Shown piece by piece: positions 1 to 10,546 of a stretch of 64,000 bases of DNA (the first letter of the stretch is position 1; each line of letters starts with the position of its first letter). Under the pieces are notes generated by a model. The model had not been told where the DNA came from. It made no database searches and was given only the letters and a program-made list of their open reading frames with translations. The stretch spans positions 896,001 to 960,000 of the forward strand of contig CAXXMU010000006.1 in the NCBI GenBank assembly GCA_963667785.2, in the 5' to 3' direction. The DNA is from Alphaproteobacteria bacterium (GTDB lineage: Bacteria > Pseudomonadota > Alphaproteobacteria > UBA828). Position numbers and translations under genes: made by a program.

Positions 1-2
1 GA

Positions 3-191
3 CGATTAGGCATCGACCGCTTTGCGCGCGTCCCACACTGGGACGGGAGAATCGTCGGCGGCGACTTCCCTTGGAACATCAGGAATTCCGACCGCAGCGA
101 CGACGAAATCCTCGCAATGGATCAACGGATTGGCGAACGCGGGAAGGGACTGGACGTTGTCTCCGCAAAGCAGACAATAGCCGTCGCGTGA
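3..191 (+). CDS. 3' end of an unknown CDS truncated by the window edge
   Basis: Frame 3 is open from the window start to TGA at 189-191 (RLGIDRFARVPHWDG...AVA*); no recognisable motif. Confidence 0.3.
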   Translation, partial: RLGIDRFARVPHWDGRIVGGDFPWNIRNSDRSDDEILAMDQRIGERGKGLDVVSAKQTIAVA

Positions 192-494
192 GAGGCTCGA
201 AACGCCTCAGAGAGCGAAGCACCGGCACCTGATCGCGCCGTCAACTATCGAACGATCTCGCGACAATTCACCGGCGGTGAGTGCCGGTATCCGTCGCGAC
301 AGAACGCGCCGGATACGCCCTCGCCGTTCGTATTCGCATGCGACGGATCGACCTTGCGGACAGGGCCGTCGCCGGGGCCGAAGGGCCGGGGAGACCGCGT
401 CGGTCGCCGCATCGATGGCGCTCGCTCCGCGAGCCGCGCTATGCTTGGCCGTGCCCGAAGGAGCCGCCATTCTCGCGGCGGCAGGGAGGTGCCG

Positions 495-1760
495 ATGCTC
501 TCTCCGCGTGAGGCAATAAGATCCGTCGTCGTGGGCTCGATGCTTGCGCGGGAGCGCTGGCAGAGCGGGGTCGCGTTCAACCCGCTGTCGACCCGGACGG
601 CCCAGGACCCCTATCCCGTCTACGCGGCGCTCCGCGAGCGGGACCCGGTGCATCGCAGCAGGCTGATGAACGCCTGGCTGTTCTCGCGGCACGCCGACAT
701 CGACGTCATCCTGCGCGACCATCGCCGCTTCAGCAACGACCCGCGCAAGGGCAAGCTCAACCGCCGGCAGCAGGCCAACCTGCCGCCGGAGGACGAGTTC
801 ACGATGCTGTTCCTCGATCCGCCGGATCACAAGCGCCTGCGGGCGCTCGTCAACAAGGCCTTCACGCCCCGGGCGGTGAACGCGCTCGAGCCGCGCATCC
901 GCAGCCTGCTCGGCGCCCTGCTGGACGCGATCGACGACCCCGCCGGCTTCGACCTCATGGACGCGGTGGCCCGCCCGCTGCCCGTGATCGTCATCGCGGA
1001 GATGCTGGGCGTGCCGCCGGAAGACCGCGCGCAGTTCAAGATCTGGTCGGACCAGCGCGCGCGTTCGCTGGAGCCGGTGATCGACGCGCGCGAGCGCGCG
1101 GCCTCCAACGCCGCCGCGAAGGCGCTCGACGTCTACTTCCGGCCGATCATCGAGGAGCGGCGGACGGCGCCGCAGGAGGACATCGTGAGCGCGCTCGCGC
1201 AGGCGGAGGAGGAAGGCGACCGCCTCACCGAGCGCGAGATGCTGAACATGTTGCGCCTGCTGCTCATCGCCGGCAACGAAACCACCACCAACCTGATCGG
1301 CAATGGCATTCTCGCCCTGCTGCGCCATCCGGACGAGCTCCGGCGGCTCAGGGAGGAGCCGGACCTAATCCCCGCGGCGGTCGACGAGCTGCTCCGCTTC
1401 GATTCGCCGGTGCAGACGGACTTCCGCCGCGTGCTGGAGGACTGCGAGGTGAACGGCTTCCCGCTGAAGCAACGCGAGAACGTCGTCCTGATGCTCGGCG
1501 CGGCCAACCGCGACCCGGACGTGTTCGACGATCCCGACCGGCTCGACGTCGGCCGCGGCGACCGCTCCCACCTCTCGTTCGGACGCGGCATCCACCACTG
1601 CATCGGCGCCCCCCTCGCGCGTCTCGAAGGACGCATCGTCCTGGAGATGCTGCTGGAGCGCTTCCCGCGGATCGGCCTCGGCGACGGGAGCCCGCGATTC
1701 CGCAACAGCATCGTGCTGCGCGGCCTCGAATCCCTGCCGCTCCGCTGCACCGCGGCCTGA
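495..1760 (+). CDS. Cytochrome P450 (bacterial, CYP107/BioI-like)
   Basis: DPPDHKRLR, I-helix AGNETT, ExxR (ELLR), heme motif FGRGIHHCIG; GGAGGT RBS before ATG 495. Confidence 0.95.
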   Translation: MLSPREAIRSVVVGSMLARERWQSGVAFNPLSTRTAQDPYPVYAALRERDPVHRSRLMNAWLFSRHADIDVILRDHRRFSNDPRKGKLNRRQQANLPPEDEFTMLFLDPPDHKRLRALVNKAFTPRAVNALEPRIRSLLGALLDAIDDPAGFDLMDAVARPLPVIVIAEMLGVPPEDRAQFKIWSDQRARSLEPVIDARERAASNAAAKALDVYFRPIIEERRTAPQEDIVSALAQAEEEGDRLTEREMLNMLRLLLIAGNETTTNLIGNGILALLRHPDELRRLREEPDLIPAAVDELLRFDSPVQTDFRRVLEDCEVNGFPLKQRENVVLMLGAANRDPDVFDDPDRLDVGRGDRSHLSFGRGIHHCIGAPLARLEGRIVLEMLLERFPRIGLGDGSPRFRNSIVLRGLESLPLRCTAA

Positions 1761-1787
1761 CGCGCCGGCGCGACGGAAGACCCCAAA

Positions 1788-2024
1788 CTAGAGCACTGTC
1801 CAATCTTACGGAGTCACAGCGGCTCGACTCCCACCTCCCACCTCCCCCTGCCCCCTCCTCCCAGGAGGAGGGGGAAAGAAATCGGCGCCGCCCCTTCTCC
1901 CTCTCCTCCCGGCCGGGGAGGAGAGGGCCGGGGAGAGGTGGGGGAGTCTTCAGCCGCACTGCATACGAACGGGGGGAGCGCGCGACAACCGGACGCGACT
2001 TCGTCCGGTCGGAATGTGCTCCAG
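1788..2024. repeat. MITE/REP-like intergenic element with imperfect terminal inverted repeats and internal hairpins
   Basis: ctagagcactgtccaatc (1788) pairs imperfectly with ggtcggaatgtgctccag (ends 2024); internal hairpins ccccctcctcccaggaggaggggg, ccctctcctccccggccggggaggagaggg, accggacg-N6-cgtccggt. Confidence 0.7.
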
Positions 2025-2225
2025 CTCTATCAATCACTTATGCGATTGAGCGACGAAGATAAGCGTGTCTCCTGTCGATTCATGACATCTCATAGTGCTA
2101 TAAATGATATAGACTAAGCGCAATTCAGTGCCCGTCCATCGTCCGACGGGGCCCCGGTCATGCCGGGGGTTTCCGCGATGGGGCGGCGGGCAAGGGAGAT
2201 CGTGCCGAGCGAGGAGGAGCGGACC

Positions 2226-3464
2226 ATGCCGGACACCCCGCCCGCGCTCACCGTCCGCCGCAGCGTCCGGCGCCCGCTCCGCGCCCCCATGCGGCGCCTG
2301 GCCGGCCCCGCCTTCCCCCTGAAGCTCGCTTCCCGGCGACTCGGCCTTGCCCTCGTCGCTCTCTTGGTTGTCGGCCTTCAGTTGCCCACCCACGCCGACG
2401 CCGCCGGCCCCCTGTCCCTTCGAGACGCACATCGCGCCGTATGGAAAATGCACAACCCCGATGCAGTCCTTGAGCATTACAGCTTCGGAACAGCGACTTT
2501 CGTGGGGCCACGACTGGCCGTCACTAACTATCACGTCTTAGATGGTGTTTTAAATCACACCTCATATCAGGACATCGCCCTCTCACAGAAGGGAAGCGCC
2601 AGAACCCTCCGAATTCGTCGCATATTGGCCGTGTCCAGGACTTACGACCTCGCCCTCCTTGAAACCACTGTACCCGGCAACGGGTACCTGGAGCTTGCAA
2701 GCCATCGGAAAACCTCTCTCGAGCACCTCACACGGCTCACCCTGATAGGCTACCCCAAGACTTCCTTTCGAACCATGAAGCAAAAGGAGCGAACGCGAGT
2801 CCTGTATGAAAGCGAGTGGCATTACTCCATAGCTCTAGAGGCCCCACACCATTATCGGCACAAAGACAGCAAGGGCGCCAGCGGCGGACCCATTCTCAAC
2901 ACTCAGGGGAAAGTTATGGGAGTCATAGCTAGAGCCTCTTATAACCTGATCTTCGGAGTCAAGCTGGAGCATCTCAGGAGCCTCATCCGAGCCGGAACCG
3001 GAGCACGACAAGAGCCATGGTGGCTTACCCTCTGCACCAAATACAGATATTTGGGAGACTGCCTCAAGGCCGAGACCGAAAGTCTCCGTCGCCTCGCCGA
3101 GCGGGGCCATCCCATCGCCCAATACCGGCTATGGCTCCTGCACGAAGAAAGCGCGTACGGCGTGAGCCAGCTCAAAAAGTCTGCCGATAACGGCTTTGCA
3201 CCGTCCCTGCTCGACCTTGCCTACTTACTGACCGACGACACAAACAGTGATGACGATGAAAACAGTGACACAAAAAATGCTCAAGCCTTTCACTTAGCGC
3301 AACAAGCTGCAGAGCAACAGCTCTCCACAGCTCAAGCCGAGCTTGGCAAAATGTTACTAGAGGGAACGGGAACGCCAAAGAATAAATCACTTGCCATTTA
3401 CTGGCTAGAGCAGGCCGCAGACCAGGGCTTGAACAGAGCCAACAAGGCGCTCAAGAGGCCTTGA
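2226..3464 (+). CDS. Secreted trypsin-like serine protease with C-terminal Sel1-like repeats
   Basis: Hydrophobic signal-like segment ending ADA; triad TNYHV / DLALL / GASGGP; Sel1 repeats (AQAELGKMLLEGTGTPKNKSLAIYWLEQAADQG); body of gene lower in GC than flanks. Confidence 0.85.
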   Translation: MPDTPPALTVRRSVRRPLRAPMRRLAGPAFPLKLASRRLGLALVALLVVGLQLPTHADAAGPLSLRDAHRAVWKMHNPDAVLEHYSFGTATFVGPRLAVTNYHVLDGVLNHTSYQDIALSQKGSARTLRIRRILAVSRTYDLALLETTVPGNGYLELASHRKTSLEHLTRLTLIGYPKTSFRTMKQKERTRVLYESEWHYSIALEAPHHYRHKDSKGASGGPILNTQGKVMGVIARASYNLIFGVKLEHLRSLIRAGTGARQEPWWLTLCTKYRYLGDCLKAETESLRRLAERGHPIAQYRLWLLHEESAYGVSQLKKSADNGFAPSLLDLAYLLTDDTNSDDDENSDTKNAQAFHLAQQAAEQQLSTAQAELGKMLLEGTGTPKNKSLAIYWLEQAADQGLNRANKALKRP

Positions 3465-3565
3465 CTCCCTGCCGCTTCGCTTTACCAGGGCATGACGCAC
3501 CGGCGCGGCGGCGCCCTGCCCGGCCGGGCCGTTGCCGCACCACGAGAGAGCCAGAGGATCAGACC

Positions 3566-4264
3566 ATGCTCGACACCCCGCCCGCGCTCACCATCCGCCG
3601 CAGCTTCCAGCGCCCGTCCCGCGCCGCCATCGCCGCGCTCGAAGGCGCGCTGACCGGGCATGTGGCCGATGCGCTGGGCGGGCTCGGCGCCCTCGATGCC
3701 TCGATCAAGCCGCTGCCCGGCGCGCCGCCCGCCATGCGGAGCCTGGTCGGCCCCGCCTTCCCCTGCATGAACAGCCCGGCGGACCAGCTCGGGCTGGTCG
3801 GCGCGCTGGGCTTCGTGGAGCCCGGCGACGTGCTGGTCGCCGGCACAGAGGGCTATTGCGGCACCGCCGTCCTCGGCGACCTGATGGCGCACATGGCGCT
3901 GAACGGGGGCGCGGCCGGCGTCGTCACCGACGGCGCCGTGCGCGACACGCCGGGCATCATCGGGGTGGGGCTCCCGGTCTATTGCGCCGGCGTCAGCCCC
4001 AACTCGCCGCAGCGGAACGGCCCCGGCACGGTCGGGCTCGCCATCAGCATCGGCGGCGTCACCGTGAACCCGGGCGACGTGGTGGTGGGCGACGGCGACG
4101 GCATCGTCATCGTGCCTGCGGACAAGCTCGATGCGGTGGTGAGCCGGGTGGACGAGATCCGCCGCCAGGAGGCGGTGGTGGAGGCGAGCGTCAAGGACGG
4201 CCTCGTCTTCCCCGATTCCTGGCGCGCCTATCTGGAGCCGGGAGCCGCGAACTTCGTCGATTGA
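3566..4264 (+). CDS. RraA/HMG aldolase family protein
   Basis: VADALG, GDLMA, VVTDGAVRD, VNPGDVVVGDGDGIV motifs. Confidence 0.9.
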   Translation: MLDTPPALTIRRSFQRPSRAAIAALEGALTGHVADALGGLGALDASIKPLPGAPPAMRSLVGPAFPCMNSPADQLGLVGALGFVEPGDVLVAGTEGYCGTAVLGDLMAHMALNGGAAGVVTDGAVRDTPGIIGVGLPVYCAGVSPNSPQRNGPGTVGLAISIGGVTVNPGDVVVGDGDGIVIVPADKLDAVVSRVDEIRRQEAVVEASVKDGLVFPDSWRAYLEPGAANFVD

Positions 4265-4277
4265 TCGGGGCGGCGCC

Positions 4278-4985
4278 ATGGAACCCGCGGCAGTGCTCCG
4301 GCGCGCGACGAAGGTCGTGCTCTTCGACCTCTACGGCACGGTGGTCGATATCCAGGGCGGGCTGACCGAGGCGGTGACGCCTTATCTCGAGGAGAAGGGC
4401 TGGGACGGCTCGCCGCACCGCTTCGTCACCTGGTGGCGGCGCACCCATTTCGAGAACTCGATGATCGATTCGCTCTGCGACCGGGGCCACACGCCCTACC
4501 GCGAGATCAGCCACCGCGCCCTCTCCTACGTGATGGATCGCTGCGGCTTCGTCTACACGGCCGACGACGTGGTGCGGCTGGTGAGCCGGATCGAGACGCT
4601 CAGGCCCTTTCCCGAAGTGCCGGCGGCTCTGGAGCGGCTGCGTGGCGCGGGCTTCCGCCTCGCCATCCTCTCCAACGGCGATCGCGACATGCTGGCGGCA
4701 GCCATGCCCCATGTCGACATCGGCTTCGACCACGTGATCTCGGTGCAGGAGGCCGGCGCCTTCAAGCCCCACCGGCGGACCTACGCGAAGGCCGCGGAGA
4801 TCGTCGGAGTCGACCGCTCGGCCTGCCTGCTCGTCGCCAATCACGCCTTCGACTGCATCGGCGCCAAGGCCTACGGCATGCGCACCGCCTTCATCGACCG
4901 GCGCCGCCGGCCCTTCGGCGAGACCCCGCACCGGCCGGACCTCGTCGTCGAGGACGTCACCGCGCTGGCGGCGACGCTCGCATGA
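4278..4985 (+). CDS. Haloacid dehalogenase type II family hydrolase
   Basis: FDLYGTVVD, ILSNG, FKP, ANHAFDCIGA. Confidence 0.9.
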   Translation: MEPAAVLRRATKVVLFDLYGTVVDIQGGLTEAVTPYLEEKGWDGSPHRFVTWWRRTHFENSMIDSLCDRGHTPYREISHRALSYVMDRCGFVYTADDVVRLVSRIETLRPFPEVPAALERLRGAGFRLAILSNGDRDMLAAAMPHVDIGFDHVISVQEAGAFKPHRRTYAKAAEIVGVDRSACLLVANHAFDCIGAKAYGMRTAFIDRRRRPFGETPHRPDLVVEDVTALAATLA

Positions 4986-4996
4986 GGCGGGAGCCG

Positions 4997-6622
4997 ATGC
5001 GCGCGGACCATACCCATGCCGACTACGTCGTCATCGGCGCCGGCTCGGGCGGCGCGGCGGTCGCGGGCAGGCTGGCGGAGGATGCGCGCAGCCGGGTACT
5101 GCTGCTGGAGGCGGGGCCGAAGGACTCGAACCCGCTGATCCACATGCCGGCGGGCTTCACCCGCCTGCTCACCCATCGCACCCTCAACTGGCGGCGAGTC
5201 TCGGAGCCGGTGCCGGGGCTCGGCGGCCGGCGCATGCCCTTCCCCGCCGGCAAGGTGCTGGGCGGCTCCAGCGCCATCAACGGCATGCTCTACATCCGCG
5301 GCCAGGCGGAGGACTACGACGCCTGGCGCGACGCCGGCAACGAGGGCTGGAGCTGGGACGACGTGCTGCCCTACTTCCGCAAGGCCGAGGACCAGCAGCA
5401 CGGGGAGAGCGAGAGCCACGGCGCGGGCGGGCCCATCGGGGTGAGCGACACGCGGCCGAGCAGCCCGGCGTCGAGGCTCTTCCTCGAGGCCGCGGTGCGG
5501 AGCGGACTGCCCCGCCTCGACGACCTCAACACCGGCAATCAGCACGGCATCGCGCTGGTCCAGGGCACGATCAGGAACGGCAGGCGCATCTCCACCGCGG
5601 TCGGCTATCTGCGGCCCGCGGCGTCGCGGAGCAACCTGCGGATCGTGACCGGGGCGCTGGTGGAGCGCATCGTCGTGGAAGAGGGCGCCGCGACGGCCGT
5701 GGTCTATCGCGACGGAGCCGGCACCGCCGTCACCGTCCGGGCCGAGCGCGAGATCGTGCTGTGCGCCGGCGCCATCGCCTCGCCCCAGCTCCTGCTGCAA
5801 TCGGGCATCGGCGATGCGGCGGCGCTCAAGGCGCTCGGCATCGCGCCGGTGCATCACCTGCCGGGGGTCGGCGAGAACCTGCACGACCATCTGTTCGTCT
5901 TCGTGCAGCCCCGGCTGAAGAAGGGGATGCCGACGCTCAACGGCCTGCTCCGCAGCCGCCCGCGGCTTGCGCTGGAGGCGCTGCGCTACGGCCTCTCCCG
6001 CTCCGGCGCGCTGGCACTCACCTCGTGCGAGGTCTGCGGCTTTCTCGATTCGACCGGGCAGGGTGGCCGGCCCGATATCGAGATCACCTTCCGCCCGCTC
6101 AGCTTCGACCTTCTACCCGACGGCGGCTGGCGCCCGCACCCCTTCCCCGGCGGCACCAGCTCGGTCTGCGCCACCCGGCCGAAGAGCCGGGGGCGGGTGA
6201 CGCTCGCACGCGACGGGGACGATAGGCGGGGGGTCGCGATCCAGCCCAACTACCTGGCGGACGAGGACGACGTGATGAGCCTGGTGCGGGGCCTGCGCAT
6301 CCTGCGCCGCATCCTCGCCACCGAGCCCTTCGCCTCCTGCCTCGAGGCGGAGCACCGGCCCGGCGCCGACGTAGACAGCGACGAGGCGCTCGCCCGCTAC
6401 GTGCGGGAGACGGCGAGCACGGTCTATCACCCGGTGGGCACCTGCAGGATGGGCAGCGATGCCATGAGCGTGGTCGACGCGCGGCTCCGGGTCCACGGCA
6501 TTGCGGGCCTGCGCGTGGCCGACGCGTCGATTATGCCCGCGATCCCGTCCGGCAACACCAACGCGCCCACCATCATGATCGGCGAGAAGGCGGCCGACAT
6601 GATCCGCCGCGATCACAACTAA
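4997..6622 (+). CDS. GMC family FAD oxidoreductase (choline dehydrogenase-like)
   Basis: [53 protein letters not shown]; alternative start 4982. Confidence 0.93.
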   Translation: MRADHTHADYVVIGAGSGGAAVAGRLAEDARSRVLLLEAGPKDSNPLIHMPAGFTRLLTHRTLNWRRVSEPVPGLGGRRMPFPAGKVLGGSSAINGMLYIRGQAEDYDAWRDAGNEGWSWDDVLPYFRKAEDQQHGESESHGAGGPIGVSDTRPSSPASRLFLEAAVRSGLPRLDDLNTGNQHGIALVQGTIRNGRRISTAVGYLRPAASRSNLRIVTGALVERIVVEEGAATAVVYRDGAGTAVTVRAEREIVLCAGAIASPQLLLQSGIGDAAALKALGIAPVHHLPGVGENLHDHLFVFVQPRLKKGMPTLNGLLRSRPRLALEALRYGLSRSGALALTSCEVCGFLDSTGQGGRPDIEITFRPLSFDLLPDGGWRPHPFPGGTSSVCATRPKSRGRVTLARDGDDRRGVAIQPNYLADEDDVMSLVRGLRILRRILATEPFASCLEAEHRPGADVDSDEALARYVRETASTVYHPVGTCRMGSDAMSVVDARLRVHGIAGLRVADASIMPAIPSGNTNAPTIMIGEKAADMIRRDHN

Positions 6623-6763
6623 GGCGTATCCGTCCTTGACGGATACGCGACAGGCCGCGACCGCGGCCCGCCGCTTATGCGGCGCGCCCGCATCGTGCGC
6701 TCCGCGCGCGTGGACGCGCGACGGCGCCGGCCGCAGGCCGGCTGCCGTGAGCGACAAAGAGGC
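6623..6763 (+). repeat. Structured intergenic repeat, copy 1
   Basis: Near-identical to the reverse complement of 10410-10521, with an extra internal segment of about 30 nt; begins with hairpin gcgtatccgtc-ctt-gacggatacgc. Confidence 0.85.
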
Positions 6764-6860
6764 TGGAGCGTTTCCGTGTAAATCGGACACGCTCCAGGGC
6801 GTTCGATCGGCGGCTGGCCGCCGTCTTGCTCCGCCTCGGGCAGGGCGTCATAGTGCGGCG

Positions 6861-7442
6861 ATGGAGTGGCGCCAGGCAGCGGAAAAGGAAACGCACCGCG
6901 AGGCGGAGGAGCCGCCAGTCCGGGCGTGCGAGCACCCCGCGTGCGACCTGCCGGCGGACCACAAGGCGCCGCGCGCGCCCGACGACCTCCGCTCCTGGCG
7001 CTGGTTCTGCCTCGACCATGTGCGCGACTACAACCGCTCGTGGAACTTCTTCGCGGGCTGGAGCCGGCACGACATCGAGCGCTTCCAGCACGACGACGTC
7101 ACCGGGCATCGTCCCACCTGGCCCTTCTGCCAGGGCCCGGGCGGACCCCGTCGGGAGGATCTGGAGGCGGCGTTCCGTGCCTTCTCGCGCGAGTGGTTCG
7201 GCGGCGAGGACGGGCGGGAGGAACGCCGGCGGCCGGGCGGCGATGCGTTCTCCGAGGCGACGCTCGAGGCGCTCGCGCTCTTCGACCTCACGCCGCCCTT
7301 CGACCTCGCCCAGCTCAAGCGGCGCTACAAGGCGCTGGTCAAGCGGCATCACCCCGACGCCAACGGCGGCTCGCGCGAATCCGAGGAGCTTTTGAAACAC
7401 ATCAATCACGCCTATAACTACCTCAAGCAGGAGTGCTCTTAG
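6861..7442 (+). CDS. J-domain (DnaJ-like) protein of the alphaproteobacterial cobST locus
   Basis: CxxxxC...WFCLDHVRDYNRSWNFF N-terminus; C-terminal HPD (KRHHPDANGG). Confidence 0.9.
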   Translation: MEWRQAAEKETHREAEEPPVRACEHPACDLPADHKAPRAPDDLRSWRWFCLDHVRDYNRSWNFFAGWSRHDIERFQHDDVTGHRPTWPFCQGPGGPRREDLEAAFRAFSREWFGGEDGREERRRPGGDAFSEATLEALALFDLTPPFDLAQLKRRYKALVKRHHPDANGGSRESEELLKHINHAYNYLKQECS

Positions 7443-7520
7443 CCACGGGCGGGGTCGATCGGACTGGCGCGGAAACGGCCGCCGGTAGCGGCCTTATTTG
7501 TGCGGGGAGGAATGCGCGCA

Positions 7521-8522
7521 ATGCAGAAGAGCGAGGCAGAGGCGATGGGCGCCAACGGCGCGGGCCCGGACATCAGGCTTTCCGTCAGCCAGACGTTCGG
7601 CATCGACACCGACATGGAAGTGCCGGCGTTCTCGGAGCCCACCGACCACGTGCCGGACATCGACACCGCGTACCGCTTCGATCGCGATACCACGCTCACC
7701 ATCCTCGCCGGCTTCGCGCACAACCGCCGGGTGATGATCCAGGGCTATCACGGCACCGGAAAGTCGACCCACATCGAGCAGGTGGCGGCGCGCCTCAACT
7801 GGCCCTGCATCCGCATCAATCTCGACAGCCACATCAGCCGTATCGACCTTATCGGCAAGGACGCGATCGTGATCCGCGACGGCGTCCAGGTGACCGAGTT
7901 TCGCGAGGGCCTGCTGCCCTGGGCGCTGCAGCACCCGACCGCGCTGGTCTTCGACGAGTACGACGCCGGACGGCCCGACGTGATGTTCGTGATCCAGCGC
8001 ATCCTCGAGGTCGACGGCAAGCTCACCCTGCTCGACCAGAACCGCGTGGTGCGGCCGCATCCCGCGTTCCGCATCTTCTCCACCACCAACACGGTGGGCC
8101 TGGGCGACACCACCGGCCTCTATCACGGCACGCAGCAGATCAACCAGGGCCAGATGGACCGCTGGAACCTGGTGGCGACGCTCAACTATCTCGACCATGA
8201 CGAGGAGGTGAAGATCGTGCTGTCGAAGGTGCCCTCGTACGAGACCGAGGAGCGCCTCAAGCTGATCCACGCGATGGTCGAGGTGGCGGCGCTCTCGCGC
8301 GCGGGCTTCATGGCCGGCGACATCTCCACCGTCATGTCGCCGCGCACGGTCATCCACTGGGCCGAGAACGCGGAGATCTTCGGCGATGTCGGCTATGCCT
8401 TCCGCACCACCTTCGTGAACAAGTGCGACGAGATGGAGCGGCCGATCATCGCTGAGTACTTCCAGCGGTGCCTAGGGATGGAGCTGCCCGAGTCCTCGGC
8501 GCCGCTGCAGCCGAGCGCCTGA
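7521..8522 (+). CDS. cobS: Cobaltochelatase subunit CobS (MoxR AAA+)
   Basis: GYHGTGKSTHIEQVAARLNWP, FDEYDAGRPDVMFVIQR, GTQQINQGQMDRW. Confidence 0.96.
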   Translation: MQKSEAEAMGANGAGPDIRLSVSQTFGIDTDMEVPAFSEPTDHVPDIDTAYRFDRDTTLTILAGFAHNRRVMIQGYHGTGKSTHIEQVAARLNWPCIRINLDSHISRIDLIGKDAIVIRDGVQVTEFREGLLPWALQHPTALVFDEYDAGRPDVMFVIQRILEVDGKLTLLDQNRVVRPHPAFRIFSTTNTVGLGDTTGLYHGTQQINQGQMDRWNLVATLNYLDHDEEVKIVLSKVPSYETEERLKLIHAMVEVAALSRAGFMAGDISTVMSPRTVIHWAENAEIFGDVGYAFRTTFVNKCDEMERPIIAEYFQRCLGMELPESSAPLQPSA

Positions 8523-8537
8523 GACGGAGCGCGCCCG

Positions 8538-10409
8538 GTGGCCCAGGAGGAGACCCCGGTCGAGACCTTCCAGCGGGCCGTTGGCTCGGCGCTCCGCGCG
8601 ATCGCCGGCGAGAGCGGCGAGGAGCTGCAGGTCTCCTTCGGCGCGGACCAGCCGCAGGTCGCGGGCGACCAGGTCCAGCTTCCGTTCCCGGCGCGCGATC
8701 TGAACGCGCTCGACGTGGAGCTCGTGCGCGGCTCGGCCGACGCGCTCGCGCTCAGGCTCCGCTATCACGACCAGGGCGCCCACGTGCGCGAGCAGCCGCG
8801 CGGCAGGACGGCGCGCGCGATCTACGACGCGATCGAGCAGACGCGGGTGGAGGCGCTGGGCTCGGGCCGGCTCGCCGGCGTCGCGGCGAACCTCGATTCC
8901 GCGCTGGAGCAGCGCTGCCGGCGCAAGGGCTACGACCAGTGCTCGACGCCCGAGGAGGTGCCGATCGCCGAGGCGCTGGCCATGCTCATGCGCGAGAAGC
9001 TCACCGGCCGGCTGCTGCCGCAGTCCGCCCGTCACATGGCCGACCTGTGGCGCCCCTGGTTCGAGACCAAGGGCGCCAAGCACACGGCGCGGCTGGTGCG
9101 GGCGATCGACGATCAGGACCAGTTCTCCTCGCTCTCGCGGCGCCTCATCAGGGACCTCGACCTGCCGGACGAGGATGCCGAGGATCCCGACGACGCCGAG
9201 GACCAGCCGAACCCCGACCAGACGGACGACGACGATTCGAGCCAGCCGGGCGAGGCCGAGCGCGGCGACGACGACGACACCGACAGCGACCGCGAGGCGG
9301 ACGCCGACGCGAGCGATGACAGTGAGACCGACGACGCGACCGACGAGGACGCCGACGCCTCGATGAGCGAGGGCGAGGAAGACGAGGAGGCCGGCCGGCG
9401 GCGCCTCCAGCCCGGCGGCACGCCGGGGAGCAGGGAGCCGCCCTACAAGGCGTTCACCACCCAGTTCGACGAGATCGTCAACGCGGCCGACCTCTGCGAC
9501 GGCGAGGAGCTGGCCCGGCTGCGCAACCAGCTCGACCAGCAGCTCTCGCAACTGCACGGCGTCATCAGCCGGCTTGCCAACCGCCTGCAGCGGCGCCTGC
9601 TCGCGCGCCAGACGCGGTCCTGGGAGTTCGATCTGGAAGAGGGGCTGCTGGACACCGCACGGCTCTCGCGCGTCGTCACCAACCCGCTCCATCCGCTCTC
9701 CTACAAGATGGAGAAGGAGACCTCCTTCCGCGACACGGTGGTGACGCTTCTCATCGACAATTCGGGCTCCATGCGCGGCCGGCCGATCATGGTGGCCGCC
9801 ATGAGCGGCGACATCCTGGCGCGCACGCTGGAGCGCTGCGGCGTGAAGGTGGAGATCCTGGGCTTCACCACCCGCGCCTGGAAGGGCGGCCAGTCGCGCG
9901 AGCGCTGGCTGGCCGAGGGGCGCACGCGCAATCCCGGGCGCCTCAACGACCTCCGCCACATCGTCTACAAGAATGCCGACGAGCCCTGGCGCCGGGCGCG
10001 GAAGAGCCTCGGCCTCATGCTGCGCGAGGGCCTGCTCAAGGAGAACATCGACGGCGAGGCGCTGCTATGGGCGCACGAACGCCTGCTGGGCAGGACCGAG
10101 GAGCGGCGCATCCTGATGGTCATCTCGGACGGCGCGCCGGTCGACGACAGCACGCTCTCGGTCAACGCGCGCAACTACCTGGAGCGGCACCTGCGCTCCG
10201 TGATCGACTGGATCGAGACCTTCTCGCCGGTCCAGCTTCTCGCCATCGGCATCGGCCACGACGTGACCCGCTACTACCGGCGCGCCGTCACGCTCACCGA
10301 CGCGGAGCAGCTCGGCGGCACCATGACCGAGAAGCTCGCCGAGCTCTTCGACGAGACTCCGCAGACCGAGCGCGCCTTCGAAGCCCGCCCGCGGCTCAGG
10401 AGCGCCTAG
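8538..10409 (+). CDS. cobT: Cobaltochelatase subunit CobT (vWA)
   Basis: Follows cobS; acidic linker; [30 protein letters not shown]. Confidence 0.96.
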   Translation: MAQEETPVETFQRAVGSALRAIAGESGEELQVSFGADQPQVAGDQVQLPFPARDLNALDVELVRGSADALALRLRYHDQGAHVREQPRGRTARAIYDAIEQTRVEALGSGRLAGVAANLDSALEQRCRRKGYDQCSTPEEVPIAEALAMLMREKLTGRLLPQSARHMADLWRPWFETKGAKHTARLVRAIDDQDQFSSLSRRLIRDLDLPDEDAEDPDDAEDQPNPDQTDDDDSSQPGEAERGDDDDTDSDREADADASDDSETDDATDEDADASMSEGEEDEEAGRRRLQPGGTPGSREPPYKAFTTQFDEIVNAADLCDGEELARLRNQLDQQLSQLHGVISRLANRLQRRLLARQTRSWEFDLEEGLLDTARLSRVVTNPLHPLSYKMEKETSFRDTVVTLLIDNSGSMRGRPIMVAAMSGDILARTLERCGVKVEILGFTTRAWKGGQSRERWLAEGRTRNPGRLNDLRHIVYKNADEPWRRARKSLGLMLREGLLKENIDGEALLWAHERLLGRTEERRILMVISDGAPVDDSTLSVNARNYLERHLRSVIDWIETFSPVQLLAIGIGHDVTRYYRRAVTLTDAEQLGGTMTEKLAELFDETPQTERAFEARPRLRSA

Positions 10410-10521
10410 GCCTATTTCGCTCACGGCAGCCGGCCTGCAGCCGGCGCCTGCGCGGGCGCGCCGCATAAGCGGCGGGCCGCGGTCGCGGCCTGTCGCGTGT
10501 CCGCCAAAGACGGATGCGCTC
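10410..10521 (-). repeat. Structured intergenic repeat, copy 2 (inverted relative to 6623-6763)
   Basis: Reverse complement reads gcgcatccgtctttggcggacacgcgacaggccgcgaccgcggcccgccgcttatgcggcgcgcccgc...ccggctgccgtgagcga. Confidence 0.85.
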
Positions 10522-10546
10522 TGGCAAAGGTCGACCGCCTCTCCGC

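Noticed and set aside
9160-9400. Low-complexity gac/gag-rich tract as a tandem repeat
   Set aside because: It is the normal acidic linker of CobT
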